A stretch of DNA of 64,000 nucleotides from Ignavibacteriota bacterium (GTDB lineage Bacteria > Bacteroidota > Ignavibacteria > Palsa-1295), in NCBI GenBank assembly GCA_963787835.1, contig CAWBEI010000004.1:288001-352000 (forward strand), in the 5' to 3' direction. The notes below the pieces were generated by a model. That model worked only from the letters and a program-made list of their open reading frames with translations. It was not told the origin of the DNA and did no database searches. Below, piece by piece: positions 25,462 to 36,641 of the stretch (within the stretch, counting starts at the first letter, position 1; each line of letters starts with the position of its first letter). The translations under genes and the position numbers were made by a program.

Positions 25462-27942
25462 ATGCATCCATTCCGCCTTTTTTTGATCGCAATCGCCATC
25501 TTCACGTTTCCGTTAAGCTCATTCGCGCAGGGTCTCGGCTGGGATTACCAGGAGCAAGCCCGCTCCCATACTACCGATCTTCAGCATGTCGAAATGCACA
25601 TCTCGTTCGATGAGCCTGCGAAAAAGATCATGGGGACCGTGCTGGAGACCATGGCGATCCTGCCGCAAAAGGACACGGTGAAGGAAATTGTCTTAGACGC
25701 GGTAAATCTGAATATTCAGAATGTGTGGATCGAGGAAGGAAAAGGGAAAAAGCTCCCACTTGTGTTCAGCACCAAGGATTCTGCGAAGCTTCACATCACG
25801 CTCGACAAGATTCATCCGTATAATGTACCATTTACGGTTGGAATTCAGTATTGGGCACAGCATCCGAAAAAAGGATTGTATTTTATGGAGCCCGATACCT
25901 TCAACACCGTGCGGCCCCAACAGATCTGGACGCAGGGCGAAGGCGAAGACAACCGAAACTGGCTGCCGATCTACGATTATCCGAACGATAAAGCAACGAC
26001 CGATATGTTCGTCACCGTTCGTGCCGATCAGCAGGCTCTTTCCAACGGGAAGCTTATTGGGAAGCAAAAGAATAGTGGTGGTACCGTAACATGGCACTGG
26101 AACGAATCGCATCCGTACTCGACCTATCTCATCATGCTCGGCATCGGGCATTACGATGTCGTCAAGGATAAATGGCGTGGGAAGGATGTTGATTATTGGA
26201 TGTATCCGGGATGGGGTCCGGAGGCGGATCGCATTTTCGGGCTGACGCCCGACATGATCGAGTTCTATTCCTCGCGCACCGGCTATCCGTATGCGTGGGA
26301 GAAGTATGACCAGATCCCGATCGCCGATTTCACGTTCGGCGGCATGGAAAATGTAACAGCCACGACGCTAAACGATTACGTGATGTTCGATAAACGTTCC
26401 GGCGTCGATTTCAGCAGCGAGGGACTCATTGCGCATGAATTAGCGCACCAATGGTTCGGGGATCTCGTGACGTGCCGCTCGTGGATACAGATCTGGCTTA
26501 ACGAATCCTTTGCGACCTATTTCGAAGCGATGTACCGGCAATACCACGATGGCGAGGATGAATTCGAAGAGGAAATACAGGGCGCGCAGAACGCCGGCAT
26601 CGATGCGGAGAAATCCTTAGGGAAAAAGGCGATCATCGCGCCTAATAATTATACCGCCAACGATTATCCTCGCGGCGCAGCCACGCTAAATATGCTGCGC
26701 CATATCCTCGGTGATTCCGGCTGGTGGCATTCGATCCATCATTATCTCGACGTTCATCAATTTCAGCCAGTGGTCACCGAAGATTTTAAGATGGCGATCG
26801 AGGAGGCAACCGGGCAAAATCTGGCGTGGTTTTTCGACGAGTGGCTGTACAAGAGCGGTCATCCTGTGTTCGATGTTACATATCATTATGACGATGCTGC
26901 GGCCATGCTGCACCTGTCCGTCGCACAGATACAGGGTCGGGATACGCTGACCGGCACGTTCAAATTGCCCGTCGATGTCGAGCTAACGTTCTCAGACGGT
27001 TCCACGAGACTACAGACACTGAAGATCGAGGATTCGTCGCAAGATTTCGATATTCCTGCTCGCGCAAAGCCCGTGATGGTCATTTTCGACAAAGGCAATA
27101 CCATTATTAAGGAACTGAACATCCAAAATACTCCGGACGCATGGATCTATCAATTATCAAATGCGAAACCAGCGATCGAACGGTCGCATGCTGCGCTGGC
27201 CATGCAGCCCGATGCCGTTGGACACGACCAGCATGCGTTCGAGGCGCTTAAAACCGCTGCGATGCGTGATCCTTTCTGGGCAGTACGGTTGCACGCGCTT
27301 ACCACACTCGGCAATTGGGCAAGTCCCACCTACTCGATTCTCGATCTTCTGCTTGATCGCTCAAAAAACGATCCGCGTGCCGATGTTCGCTCGGAAGCGA
27401 TCAAGCGGTTGGCACAGGTTTCTTACCCGAAGGAGCAGGTTGTGCCTGATTTGTCGAGCATCATCGCAACGGACTCCAGTTATAATGTGGTCGGCAATGC
27501 ACTTCAGGTGCTGCATTTGTACGATCAGGAACTTGCGTATCGGGATGCGCTGCCGTTCCTGACCACCAAATCCCCGCGCGACCACATCCGCCACGAAGCC
27601 ATCGGAGTGCTCGAGCACACAAAGACCCATGCTTCACTCGAAAAGCTCATCACACTAATCGATACTCATAACATTCCCAACGATTCGCATCAGACGACTC
27701 GTAACGACATTGTCGATGCCATCAGCAAGTGCGCATCGGTCGATTCTGGCTTAGTCTATCGCGCGTTATGGAATCTTACGATGAACGGCGATAACGGCGT
27801 TCGTACCACCGCGATCAACCGGCTTGCTGACATTGGTGACTCCACCACACTACGCGAGCTTGAAGATCAGGCCAGTCAGCGCCCGGAAATGAAATCGACG
27901 TATGACGCTGCATTAAATAAAATGCGGAGACGTTTGGAGTAG
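25462..27942 (+). CDS. Secreted M1 family aminopeptidase with C-terminal HEAT repeats
   Basis: GGMEN, HELAHQWFG...WLNESFATY, YPRGA; HEAT-like DPFWAVR and DPRADVR. Confidence 0.95.
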   Translation: MHPFRLFLIAIAIFTFPLSSFAQGLGWDYQEQARSHTTDLQHVEMHISFDEPAKKIMGTVLETMAILPQKDTVKEIVLDAVNLNIQNVWIEEGKGKKLPLVFSTKDSAKLHITLDKIHPYNVPFTVGIQYWAQHPKKGLYFMEPDTFNTVRPQQIWTQGEGEDNRNWLPIYDYPNDKATTDMFVTVRADQQALSNGKLIGKQKNSGGTVTWHWNESHPYSTYLIMLGIGHYDVVKDKWRGKDVDYWMYPGWGPEADRIFGLTPDMIEFYSSRTGYPYAWEKYDQIPIADFTFGGMENVTATTLNDYVMFDKRSGVDFSSEGLIAHELAHQWFGDLVTCRSWIQIWLNESFATYFEAMYRQYHDGEDEFEEEIQGAQNAGIDAEKSLGKKAIIAPNNYTANDYPRGAATLNMLRHILGDSGWWHSIHHYLDVHQFQPVVTEDFKMAIEEATGQNLAWFFDEWLYKSGHPVFDVTYHYDDAAAMLHLSVAQIQGRDTLTGTFKLPVDVELTFSDGSTRLQTLKIEDSSQDFDIPARAKPVMVIFDKGNTIIKELNIQNTPDAWIYQLSNAKPAIERSHAALAMQPDAVGHDQHAFEALKTAAMRDPFWAVRLHALTTLGNWASPTYSILDLLLDRSKNDPRADVRSEAIKRLAQVSYPKEQVVPDLSSIIATDSSYNVVGNALQVLHLYDQELAYRDALPFLTTKSPRDHIRHEAIGVLEHTKTHASLEKLITLIDTHNIPNDSHQTTRNDIVDAISKCASVDSGLVYRALWNLTMNGDNGVRTTAINRLADIGDSTTLRELEDQASQRPEMKSTYDAALNKMRRRLE

Positions 27943-27950
27943 TAAATTTG

Positions 27951-28051
27951 TGTAGAACAGGCTTTCAGCCTGTCCTCGGGCTTCCAAGCCCGAGGGGCTG
28001 ATGTTTTTGACGGGCTGAAAGCCCAGGCGCAGACTAAAAGTCTGCACTACA
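27951..28051. repeat. GTAG...CTAC-bounded multi-hairpin REP element
   Basis: TGTAG...CTACA ends enclosing ACAGGCTTTCAGCCTGT, CTCGGGCTTCCAAGCCCGAG, GGGCTGAAAGCCC and GCAGACTAAAAGTCTGC; overlaps the lptB stop codon. Confidence 0.85.
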
Positions 28052-28796
28052 CCGTAGGTGCCTGTTGCCATCGCTCTAACTTGAACGTCTCACCTAAATA
28101 AAGCCGGCGAATTTCCTCATCACTCGCCAGTTCTTCGGCAGAGCCGGCGCGGTAGATGGTTCCATCAATGAGAATATAGGCGCGGTCGGTGATGGAGAGC
28201 GTCTCATGGACATTGTGGTCGGTTATGAGAATGCCGATGCCGCGCTGTTTCAATCGGATCACGATCTGCATGATCTCTTCGACGGTAATCGGATCGATCC
28301 CCGCAAATGGCTCATCGAGCAGCATGTACGCAGGGTTTGTAGCAAGCGATCTCGCGATCTCACAGCGCCGCCGTTCACCGCCGGAGAGCATATAGCCATA
28401 GGATTTTCGGATATGCGCGATGTTTAGTTCCACGAGCAATTGCTCGGTTCGCTCCTTGCGCTGTTTGGATGTCATGGAAAGCATTTCGAGGATGGCCATC
28501 AGGTTTTCCTCGACGGTCATCTTGCGAAAGATCGAGGCTTCCTGCGGAAGGTAGCCGATCCCTTTTCGCGCGCGGGCATACATGGGAAGTCCAGTAACAT
28601 CCTCGCCATCGAGCAGCACGCGGCCTTCATCGGGCTTGATGAGGCCCGTGATCATATAGAACGTCGTTGTTTTTCCAGCGCCATTCGGGCCGAGCAATCC
28701 TACGATCTCGCCCGGCTGGACGGATACGCTGGAATCCTTTACGACCGTCCGTTTGCCGTAGATCTTCTTGAGATGTTCCGATTTAAGTTCTTGCAT
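28047..28796 (-). CDS. lptB: LPS export ABC transporter ATP-binding protein
   Basis: [65 protein letters not shown]; start ATG 28796. Confidence 0.97.
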   Translation of the reverse strand: MQELKSEHLKKIYGKRTVVKDSSVSVQPGEIVGLLGPNGAGKTTTFYMITGLIKPDEGRVLLDGEDVTGLPMYARARKGIGYLPQEASIFRKMTVEENLMAILEMLSMTSKQRKERTEQLLVELNIAHIRKSYGYMLSGGERRRCEIARSLATNPAYMLLDEPFAGIDPITVEEIMQIVIRLKQRGIGILITDHNVHETLSITDRAYILIDGTIYRAGSAEELASDEEIRRLYLGETFKLERWQQAPTV

Positions 28797-28812
28797 GAAA
28801 TATGGATGTAGA

Positions 28813-30522
28813 TCAACCCACCGATTTCCGTTTAGGTTTTTCAGATTTATTCGGCTGAGGGGTTGTCGAAGGCTGAGTTGAGTCCGGTGTTGTTTGTGGA
28901 CTTGGCTGAGCAAGCGGTGGCAGTTCCCACGGCATTACGAATTCCTTGCGGTGCGGGCGAAGGTTATCGTGGCGTTCATAAGCCGTTAATCGAAATGCAG
29001 ATGCTCGGCCCTTTACAAAACGCTCCGGAAAAAACTCGCCCTCTGTACCGGAGATAGCTGCTATCCGAACCACTTTTTTGTTCTTGAAATCCATTCGGAT
29101 CGTATCCCCGGACTCGCGATTCAGGCCATCGGGTTTGTCATCGCTAAGTATAAAATAAATAGCGAGCGCGTTCGACATGTCGTAAAGCTCGCGAGCGGTG
29201 TCCTGCCGCACGATAAGCAGCATGGTTTCTCCCTCCAACTGGTCGATCCGTCCGGAATTCGGGAATTCATCCTGCGGGCTGGTTGCGAACGCGTGACCGA
29301 GTCCATAGATCTTGGTGATGTGATGCTCCTTCATCAGCATGGCCACGCTATCGGCATCGATCTCGGTGGAATCATTCCAGATATGCTGTCGCTTCGCTTG
29401 ATTGACATTCATCACGTCATGAACCTGATCATAGACGAGTTTTCCGCCCGTTAAGCTGAAATTTGACCGGTACAATCGCACACTATCGATGGCAAGGAAT
29501 CTGGCAGAATCCCCCTGGTATAACCTCATCGTGTCAGCACGGACGAACATCGTATCGAATACGGTGTTCACTTTGCCGGTGGTGTCGCGGACTTGAGAGC
29601 TATCGATATAGAGCAAGAGCGGTCGCTTGGGCACTAAAAGATAATTCCCTACCGTGAAACGTGCCAGCGTATCGCCATAGATCGTCGTATTGTTCTGGAT
29701 ATCCTCCACACCAACGTGACCCCTGGCATGCAATTCCCTATGCAGTTGGGACTCGAAGAGCCAGTCCGATGCAAGCCGAAGCGAATCGTTTGCGAGATGC
29801 ACGTCGCCTTTGGCGGTGGTTTCTCCGAGCGCGCGAACGTTCGTGATCGTATCGGCGGCAAGTGCGCCAGAATCACTCGTGACCGAGGCATGTCCATAGA
29901 GGATCGCGGTTTCGGTTGAACGGTAATAGGTCATCGAATCCGAAAGGCTCGTGTTTTTGCCCTGCGTCATCGTGACATGATGAAAAAAATGCGCGACTTG
30001 ATTATTCTCATCGTAATCGCCTTCATGCGCGGTCAACTCCTGATCGCGGTCGAACATTCGCACACCGCCATCAGCGTAGCCAATGCCGGTGGCTTCATTA
30101 AACAATACGTGCGGGGCATAGAGGGAGAGCGTATCCTGGTGGATCGCCACATTGCCGAACAACTCAGTGCGGTTTCCAGAAGTGTATCGGTAGGCCTTAT
30201 CCGAGGAGCCATAGAGTGCACCTTGCACGAACCGCACATTGCCAAATAATTGTTCGACAGGTTGACCATCAATCGTGGTTGCGGCCAAGCTATCCGCATT
30301 GATATTAAGAGGCGGATTCGAGGGCGTTTGGGCGGAAGCGTAACCACCACAAAGGAGCAACGTTATTAGCATTGTCATCCTGAGCGGAGTTCGTCTTCGC
30401 GACAGCGGAGACGAACGGAGTCGAAGGATCTCTCGCTTAACTCGCAAGAGATTCTTCGACTCCGCATTTCGACTTTCTGTCGAAATGCTCCGCTCAGAAT
30501 GACAGTTAGAATTAAATATCAA
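28813..30522 (-). CDS. OstA/LptA-like beta-jellyroll protein (Bacteroidota/Chlorobi type); start uncertain (30522, 30378 or 30372)
   Basis: [39 protein letters not shown]; directly upstream of lptB. Confidence 0.85.
   Translation of the reverse strand: MIFNSNCHSERSISTESRNAESKNLLRVKREILRLRSSPLSRRRTPLRMTMLITLLLCGGYASAQTPSNPPLNINADSLAATTIDGQPVEQLFGNVRFVQGALYGSSDKAYRYTSGNRTELFGNVAIHQDTLSLYAPHVLFNEATGIGYADGGVRMFDRDQELTAHEGDYDENNQVAHFFHHVTMTQGKNTSLSDSMTYYRSTETAILYGHASVTSDSGALAADTITNVRALGETTAKGDVHLANDSLRLASDWLFESQLHRELHARGHVGVEDIQNNTTIYGDTLARFTVGNYLLVPKRPLLLYIDSSQVRDTTGKVNTVFDTMFVRADTMRLYQGDSARFLAIDSVRLYRSNFSLTGGKLVYDQVHDVMNVNQAKRQHIWNDSTEIDADSVAMLMKEHHITKIYGLGHAFATSPQDEFPNSGRIDQLEGETMLLIVRQDTARELYDMSNALAIYFILSDDKPDGLNRESGDTIRMDFKNKKVVRIAAISGTEGEFFPERFVKGRASAFRLTAYERHDNLRPHRKEFVMPWELPPLAQPSPQTTPDSTQPSTTPQPNKSEKPKRKSVG
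30373..30504. repeat. TGTCA...TGACA palindromic element overlapping the 5' end of the ostA-like gene
   Basis: TGTCATCCTGAGCGGAG...GTCGAAGGATCT...AGATTCTTCGACTCCG...CTCCGCTCAGAATGACA; 132 bp. Confidence 0.9.
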
Positions 30523-30546
30523 ATTTTCTAAATCAACGCCTGACGT

Positions 30547-31866
30547 ATGGCAATCAATCCAAGTAAACTAACAGTTAAATCGCAGGAGGCGCTTCAAGCG
30601 GCCTCGGAGATCGCGGCGAATTATGGTAATAATCAGGTCGAGCCAGAGCATTTGCTGGCTGCGCTCATTCAGGATCCTGAAGGTGTGGCGACCTCCGTGC
30701 TCCGAAAACTTGGGGTCAATATCGACCAGCTTCGCATTCGCGTGACCGGCGCGCTGGAATCGCTCCCAAAAGTGACCGGAGCGCAGGGTGCGAATCAATT
30801 TGCGTCGAATAATCTGAATAAGCTCTTCGATGTTGCCCGCAAGGAAGCCGAGGCGCTGAAAGATGAATACGTCTCCACCGAGCATTTGTTGCTCGCCCTG
30901 ATCGATGGCAATACTCCATCCTCGAAGCTCCTGAAAGAGCATGGGGTGACGAAGAACAGCGTGCTAACAGCACTCCAATCCGTGCGTGGCACACAGCGCG
31001 TAACAGATGCCAATGCGGAGGACCGTTACCAATCTCTCGAAAAATACGGACGCGATCTCACCGAAGCTGCGCGCAAGGGTAAGCTCGATCCCGTGATTGG
31101 ACGCGAGGAGGAAATTCGCCGCGTGATGCAGGTGCTTTCGCGGCGCACGAAAAACAATCCCGTGCTCATCGGCGATCCGGGAGTGGGAAAGACGGCGATC
31201 GTAGAAGGCATTGCGAATCGGATCGCGTCCGGCGATGTGCCAGAGGGACTCAAAAGTAAACGCATCGTTGCGCTCGATATGGGAACGCTTGTCGCCGGAA
31301 CCAGTTTTCGTGGGCAGTTCGAGGAACGATTAAAGGCGATCGTAAAAGAAGTTGCGGAGTCCGCTGGAGAAATAATTCTCTTTATCGATGAACTCCATAC
31401 GCTCATCGGCGCGGGCGCTACGCAAGGCGCAATGGATGCCGCAAATATCTTAAAGCCAGCGCTAGCACGCGGAGAACTGCACACCATCGGTGCAACCACG
31501 CTGGATGAATACCATAAGCACATCGAAAAAGATGCCGCACTCGAACGCCGGTTCCAGCCCGTCTTTGTTGGCGAGCCAAGCGTGGAGGATACCATCTCCA
31601 TTCTGCGTGGATTGCAGGAAAAATACGAAGTGCATCACGGTGTTCGCATCCGGGACGCCGCGCTTATTGCCGCCGCGCAGCTTTCGGATCGCTATATTGC
31701 CGACCGTTTCCTTCCCGATAAAGCGATCGATCTCATCGACGAAGCCGCCAGCAAGCTCCGCATCGAAATAGATTCCATGCCCGCCGAACTCGATCAGATC
31801 GAACGTCGCATCCGCCAATTAGAGATCGAACGCGAAGCATTGAAACGGGAGCAGGCGGCAGTTTAA
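30547..31866 (+). CDS. clpB: ClpB N-terminal half (N domain + NBD1 + start of M domain), 439 aa
   Basis: [64 protein letters not shown]; stops at [15 protein letters not shown]. Confidence 0.93.
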   Translation: MAINPSKLTVKSQEALQAASEIAANYGNNQVEPEHLLAALIQDPEGVATSVLRKLGVNIDQLRIRVTGALESLPKVTGAQGANQFASNNLNKLFDVARKEAEALKDEYVSTEHLLLALIDGNTPSSKLLKEHGVTKNSVLTALQSVRGTQRVTDANAEDRYQSLEKYGRDLTEAARKGKLDPVIGREEEIRRVMQVLSRRTKNNPVLIGDPGVGKTAIVEGIANRIASGDVPEGLKSKRIVALDMGTLVAGTSFRGQFEERLKAIVKEVAESAGEIILFIDELHTLIGAGATQGAMDAANILKPALARGELHTIGATTLDEYHKHIEKDAALERRFQPVFVGEPSVEDTISILRGLQEKYEVHHGVRIRDAALIAAAQLSDRYIADRFLPDKAIDLIDEAASKLRIEIDSMPAELDQIERRIRQLEIEREALKREQAAV

Positions 31867-32699
31867 TGAAAAATATGCAAGAAATTTTGGGTGGTGAAAA
31901 ACCTTATGTATTTGGTACCCACTCCGCCGAGCTTGAACGGCTCGGACTTCAGCATCGCGTCTGGCGTCCGGATGTAACCGATGCTTGGCGGCGCGCGGGA
32001 TTCACCACGGGCCAAACGATTCTCGATCTTGGATCGGGGCCGGGTTTTCTCAGCATGGATCTGGCTGAGATCGTTGGTCCATCCGGGGGTGTCATTGCAT
32101 TGGATCGCTCTTCCGATTTTCTGAATTATCTCAATGCCGAAGCCACAAAGAACGGACAGCAAAATATCTCCACGCATTGTGTGAATCTCGATGAAGATGA
32201 GATCCCCACCGTTGCACTCGATGGCGCGTATGCCCGGTGGCTCTTCGCATTTCTTCAGAACCCGAAAAAACTGTTGGAGCAGGTTGTAAAAAATTTGCGC
32301 AAAGGCGGCACGATCGTTCTTCACGAGTATTTCCATTATCATACATTCGGTTTTACATCACCTTCACCGGCGTTCGATGTGTTTATCGCAGCAGTGCTGA
32401 AGGGGTGGTATGCTGAGGGAGGCAAACCCGATATTGCGCCGGAACTTCTCACGTGGTGCAAGGAATTTGGCCTCACCATTGAATCGGTCAAGCCGATTGT
32501 GCATGTGGTAACGCCCGAAAGTTACATCTGGCAATGGCCGAAATCGTTTGTGGAAGTATCGGCCTGGCGTTTGGCCGATCTTGGATATATGACGAAGAGT
32601 GAAGTAGAAGTCTTGCAGCGGGAGTTTGCAGCATTCGAATCGGATGGTCATACAAGAGTAATCACGCCAGCCGTTTTGGAGATTATTGCCAGGAAATAA
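31866..32699 (+). CDS. Class I SAM-dependent methyltransferase
   Basis: ILDLGSGPG motif I; YVFG...ELERLGLQH. Confidence 0.9.
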   Translation: MKNMQEILGGEKPYVFGTHSAELERLGLQHRVWRPDVTDAWRRAGFTTGQTILDLGSGPGFLSMDLAEIVGPSGGVIALDRSSDFLNYLNAEATKNGQQNISTHCVNLDEDEIPTVALDGAYARWLFAFLQNPKKLLEQVVKNLRKGGTIVLHEYFHYHTFGFTSPSPAFDVFIAAVLKGWYAEGGKPDIAPELLTWCKEFGLTIESVKPIVHVVTPESYIWQWPKSFVEVSAWRLADLGYMTKSEVEVLQREFAAFESDGHTRVITPAVLEIIARK

Positions 32700-32703
32700 T
32701 TTC

Positions 32704-33411
32704 ATGTACAAGGTCTATTGCGATTTCGATGAGACAGTGACGGTTCGTGATGTCGGTTCGCAGATCCTCGCACAATTCGGAACCCAGATCGCATTCGAAG
32801 TTTGGAGCGATTTCGATAGCGGAACAAAATCAGCCGCCGAATGCTTGCAAATCGCTTGCGATAGCGTAAGTGGGATGAATGCCGAAGGTTTCAACAGAAT
32901 TGTCGAAGCCCAACAGCTTAAACCTGGCTTCATCGAATTTGCGGATTACTGTCGAACCAATGGGATCGATTTCCACATCGATAGCGACGGTTTCTCCTGC
33001 TACATTCGTGAAATATTAGCGATGAATGGACTGGCGCATATCCCTTTCTGGACCAACACCATCGAGCTAAGAGACGATGGAACTCTCTCTCATCATTTCC
33101 CGAATCAGCGCGAAGGATGCGACCGCTGTGCTTCCTGCAAGTGTGCGTTGTTACTCACAACGAGCGATGACTCAGACACCGTTGTCTATATTGGTGATGG
33201 ATATTCCGATTGGTGTCCTGCAACGATGGCGGATGTGGTGTTCGCGTGCCGGGATCTTCCACGGCAATGCAGCGAGCGCGGGATTCCGCACCATCCCTTC
33301 AATGATTTTTATGAAGTGCAGGCGATTCTTGCAAATTACCTGAAAGAACGCCCGAAATACCGCCGCGAGCAAGCGCATCGGAGAAGAAAAGAATTGATAA
33401 TTATTGAATAG
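32704..33411 (+). CDS. MtnX-like HAD-IB phosphatase
   Basis: CDFDETVT, SDGF, CDRCASCK, YIGDGYSDWCPA; ATG 32704. Confidence 0.88.
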   Translation: MYKVYCDFDETVTVRDVGSQILAQFGTQIAFEVWSDFDSGTKSAAECLQIACDSVSGMNAEGFNRIVEAQQLKPGFIEFADYCRTNGIDFHIDSDGFSCYIREILAMNGLAHIPFWTNTIELRDDGTLSHHFPNQREGCDRCASCKCALLLTTSDDSDTVVYIGDGYSDWCPATMADVVFACRDLPRQCSERGIPHHPFNDFYEVQAILANYLKERPKYRREQAHRRRKELIIIE

Positions 33412-34145
33412 TGATTATTATCCCACAAATCTTTTCGCAATTCCCCGAGATCATCGCCGCGCAATCAACGCGCATTGGCGGAGTTTCGCCGGAACCATTC
33501 GGAATGAATCTCAGCAGCCATGTTGGGGATGAACAGGCTAATGTCGATGAGAACAGGAGATTATTTTTTGAAGCGATCGGCATTCCACGAGGAACGAAAG
33601 CTGTTTATCAGAGCCAAGTCCACTCTGCAAACGTCCACATCGTCCACGGAGATGAGGGAGTTGTAAGAGAATCAGATGCCCTTATAACGCGAGCGGCGAA
33701 TGTGCTGTTAGGCGTAACTATCGCCGATTGCACGCCCATTTTGCTTTACGAACCGAATGCAAAACTAATCGCTGCCGTTCATGCAGGCTGGCGCGGAACG
33801 GAGCAAATGATCGCGCTTGCGGCAATTAGGAAAATGGTGGAGTTAGGTGCAAATGCTAAAAACATCTTTGCATTTATCGGAGCATCGGCATCGGGAGAGA
33901 AATATGAAGTCGGCCTTGAAGTGGCTACGCTCTTCGAGGAGAAGCATTTAGTCGATCTTCACAATGGGAAGTTTCTGCTCGATGTTAAAGCTGCAAATCT
34001 CGATCAAATGCTATTTGCAGGAATTCCCGCAAATCAGGTAGAAATCTCGCCGCTCTGCACGATTTCGGATGAGCGTCTGCATTCCTATCGCAGAGATGGC
34101 AAACGGTCGGGAAGAATGCTGGCGGTTATTGAAAGAACGAATTAA
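33411..34145 (+). CDS. pgeF: YfiH/PgeF family protein
   Basis: STRIGGVS, QVHS, ADCTPILL, AVHAGWRG, CT...SYRRDG..SGRM. Confidence 0.93.
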   Translation: MIIIPQIFSQFPEIIAAQSTRIGGVSPEPFGMNLSSHVGDEQANVDENRRLFFEAIGIPRGTKAVYQSQVHSANVHIVHGDEGVVRESDALITRAANVLLGVTIADCTPILLYEPNAKLIAAVHAGWRGTEQMIALAAIRKMVELGANAKNIFAFIGASASGEKYEVGLEVATLFEEKHLVDLHNGKFLLDVKAANLDQMLFAGIPANQVEISPLCTISDERLHSYRRDGKRSGRMLAVIERTN

Positions 34146-34187
34146 GAAGCCGGTATAAATTCTTAAGATCGAGTCTAAGAATTACGA

Positions 34188-34544
34188 TCACTTCGAAAGA
34201 CCCGGTGATGGAGTAATTTTGGGTACTTCGAGCAAGGGCGTCTGAAACTTCTTGAAAATGTGAGATGCTGGTAAAACAGGGATTTCCTTCCATTCGCCGT
34301 CTGGGGTCAAATTCCGAAAAGTTGGCAAGGTCTGGTGCGCAGGAGTTAAAGAATGTTGATTAGGCGATCTTAATTTCGCTTCTTCAGCGGGGGACATATA
34401 AGGAGCCCATGAACACGCCGCACCGGTGGTGGACCAGCGGCTTAATGGGCAATCCTTACCGTCGCTCGGTTTTCCAGAGCTTTGCTGAGACATTGCTGCT
34501 ACTGGCAGCGCCACCAAAAACAGAATTACGATACAAACTCTCAT
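34188..34544 (-). CDS. Hypothetical secreted protein
   Basis: Signal peptide MRVCIVILFLVALPVAAMS-Q. Confidence 0.6.
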   Translation of the reverse strand: MRVCIVILFLVALPVAAMSQQSSGKPSDGKDCPLSRWSTTGAACSWAPYMSPAEEAKLRSPNQHSLTPAHQTLPTFRNLTPDGEWKEIPVLPASHIFKKFQTPLLEVPKITPSPGLSK

Positions 34545-34571
34545 TTTCTGCTCCTTTTGTAAGTTGAACAG

Positions 34572-36461
34572 CTATTCAACGGTAACCGACTTCGCTAAAT
34601 TCCTCGGCTGATCGACATTCGCTCCGCGTGCAGTTGCAATGTAATAGCTAAGCAATTGCAAGGGAACTACCGATAGAATTGGTGTGAAGAGCGGCAGGGT
34701 TTGAGGGATAAAGATCACCTGTTCTGCCAGGGACTTGATCTTTTCATCGCCCTCTGTCGCAATCGCGATAACGTGCCCCTTGCGGGCGCGGACTTCCTGA
34801 ATGTTCGAGAGAACTTTTTCATAAACGTCGTCCTGCGGCGCGACAACGACGACAGGCATGTTCTCATCGATCAGGGCAATAGGCCCATGCTTCATTTCCG
34901 CAGCTGGGTAGCCTTCGGCATGGATGTAGGAGATCTCTTTTAGTTTGAGGGCGCCCTCGAGCGCAACGGGATAGTTGTATCCGCGTCCAAGATACAGGAA
35001 ATTAGCAGCATTTTTGAATAGCTGCGCCATTTCTTCTATTTTGGATTCGGTATCATCCAAAATGCTCTGTACTTTCTCTGGGATCTGGAGCAGTTCCCTA
35101 ATCATCGAGCGGCCATCGACGACCGAAAGGTGCCGCATTCTGCCCAGCATGATGGTAAGGAGCGAAAGCACTGTAAGCTGACTCGTAAATGCTTTTGTCG
35201 AGGCCACGCCGATCTCCGGGCCTGCGTGAATATAAACTCCGCCATCTGATTCCCGCGCGATCGTTGAGCCAACTACATTCACTATTCCAAGCGCCAGTGC
35301 GCCTTTGCGCTTGCTTTCGCGCATAGCTGCGAGCGTATCAGCGGTTTCGCCGGATTGGCTGATGCCGAACATGACATCATCATCCTCAATGATGGGATTC
35401 CGGTAACGGAACTCGCTTGCGTACTCGATATCCACAGGCACGCGAGCATATTGTTCGATCATGTATTTGCCGATGAGCCCGGCATGGAAGCTTGTGCCAC
35501 ACGCCGTGATAAGCAGCCGCTTCGCGCGGCGAAGTTCCCGCAAATGGTTCTGTAAGCCGCCGAGGACCACATTGCCTTCTTCTTCGATCACCCGCCCGCG
35601 CATGGCATCGGTAATGGTTTGCGGCTGCTCGTGAATTTCTTTGAGCATGAAATGGTCGAATCCGCCTTTTTCGATGGCTTCCAGTTCCATTTCGACAACT
35701 TCCACCTGTTTCGTGATCTCGATATTGGAAATAGTCCGAGTCTTAATTCCAGAGCGTGAGACCGTCGCCATTTCATTGTCGGAAAGATAGATCACTTGCC
35801 GCGTGTGCGCGATGATCGCAGCCGCATCGCTGGCAATAAAATAATCATTATCATTCCCGACGCCAATAACGAGTGGAGAGCCTTTTCGCGCACAAACGAT
35901 CTCATCAGGAGAATCTGCCGCGACAACGGCAATTCCATAGGCACCAACTACTTCATTGAGAGCAAGACGCACGGCTTCCGTTACGTTCTGAGTTTCTGCA
36001 TAAAATTCCCCGATCAGATGTGCGAGCACTTCTGTGTCGGTTTCGCTGCGGAAGGTGTGCCCACGCGCAATGAGCCGGTCTTTGATATGCGAATAATTTT
36101 CGATAATGCCATTGTGGATGATGGCGAGCCGTTCATTCTGATCCGTTTGTGGATGGCTGTTGGCATCGCTCGGGATGCCGTGGGTTGCCCAGCGTGTGTG
36201 CCCGATGCCGACCGTGGAAAAGTGAGGATTCCGCGCGGAGAGCGCTTCCAGATCCGTAACTTTTCCCTTGCATTTTTCGATCACCAAACGTGTAGAATGA
36301 ACAAGGGCGGGGGAATGCCCATTCGTTGAAACTGCCCGAGGCAGATCTTCGAGCAGAGCGAGACCCGCCGAATCATATCCCCGGTATTCCAGCCTCTTGA
36401 GGCCCGAAAGCAGGATGGGAGTTGCTTCACGACTGCCGATGTATCCGACTATTCCACACAT
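34572..36461 (-). CDS. glmS: Glutamine--fructose-6-phosphate aminotransferase
   Basis: MCGIVGY, RLEYRGYDSAG, GHTRWATHG, SQSGETADT, EIGVASTKAF, PRNLAKSVTVE. Confidence 0.99.
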   Translation of the reverse strand: MCGIVGYIGSREATPILLSGLKRLEYRGYDSAGLALLEDLPRAVSTNGHSPALVHSTRLVIEKCKGKVTDLEALSARNPHFSTVGIGHTRWATHGIPSDANSHPQTDQNERLAIIHNGIIENYSHIKDRLIARGHTFRSETDTEVLAHLIGEFYAETQNVTEAVRLALNEVVGAYGIAVVAADSPDEIVCARKGSPLVIGVGNDNDYFIASDAAAIIAHTRQVIYLSDNEMATVSRSGIKTRTISNIEITKQVEVVEMELEAIEKGGFDHFMLKEIHEQPQTITDAMRGRVIEEEGNVVLGGLQNHLRELRRAKRLLITACGTSFHAGLIGKYMIEQYARVPVDIEYASEFRYRNPIIEDDDVMFGISQSGETADTLAAMRESKRKGALALGIVNVVGSTIARESDGGVYIHAGPEIGVASTKAFTSQLTVLSLLTIMLGRMRHLSVVDGRSMIRELLQIPEKVQSILDDTESKIEEMAQLFKNAANFLYLGRGYNYPVALEGALKLKEISYIHAEGYPAAEMKHGPIALIDENMPVVVVAPQDDVYEKVLSNIQEVRARKGHVIAIATEGDEKIKSLAEQVIFIPQTLPLFTPILSVVPLQLLSYYIATARGANVDQPRNLAKSVTVE

Positions 36462-36516
36462 ACGCTTCGCTTAATTAAGAAATGAAAATTAGGAAGTTAA
36501 GATGATTAAGTTAGCA

Positions 36517-36641
36517 TGTCATTCTGGGCGTAGCAAAATCGAAGCGGAGATTTTGCGAAGTGAAGAATCTCATAGAATGCCAGAGATCCTTCGACTCCGT
36601 TCTCCTCTCCTTCGTCGAGGAGAACTCCGCTCAGGTTGACA
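36517..36641. repeat. TGTCA...TGACA palindromic element (same family as 30373-30504)
   Basis: TGTCATTCTGGGCG...GAAGAATCT...AGATCCTTCGACTCCG...CTCCGCTCAGGTTGACA with nested hairpins. Confidence 0.88.
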
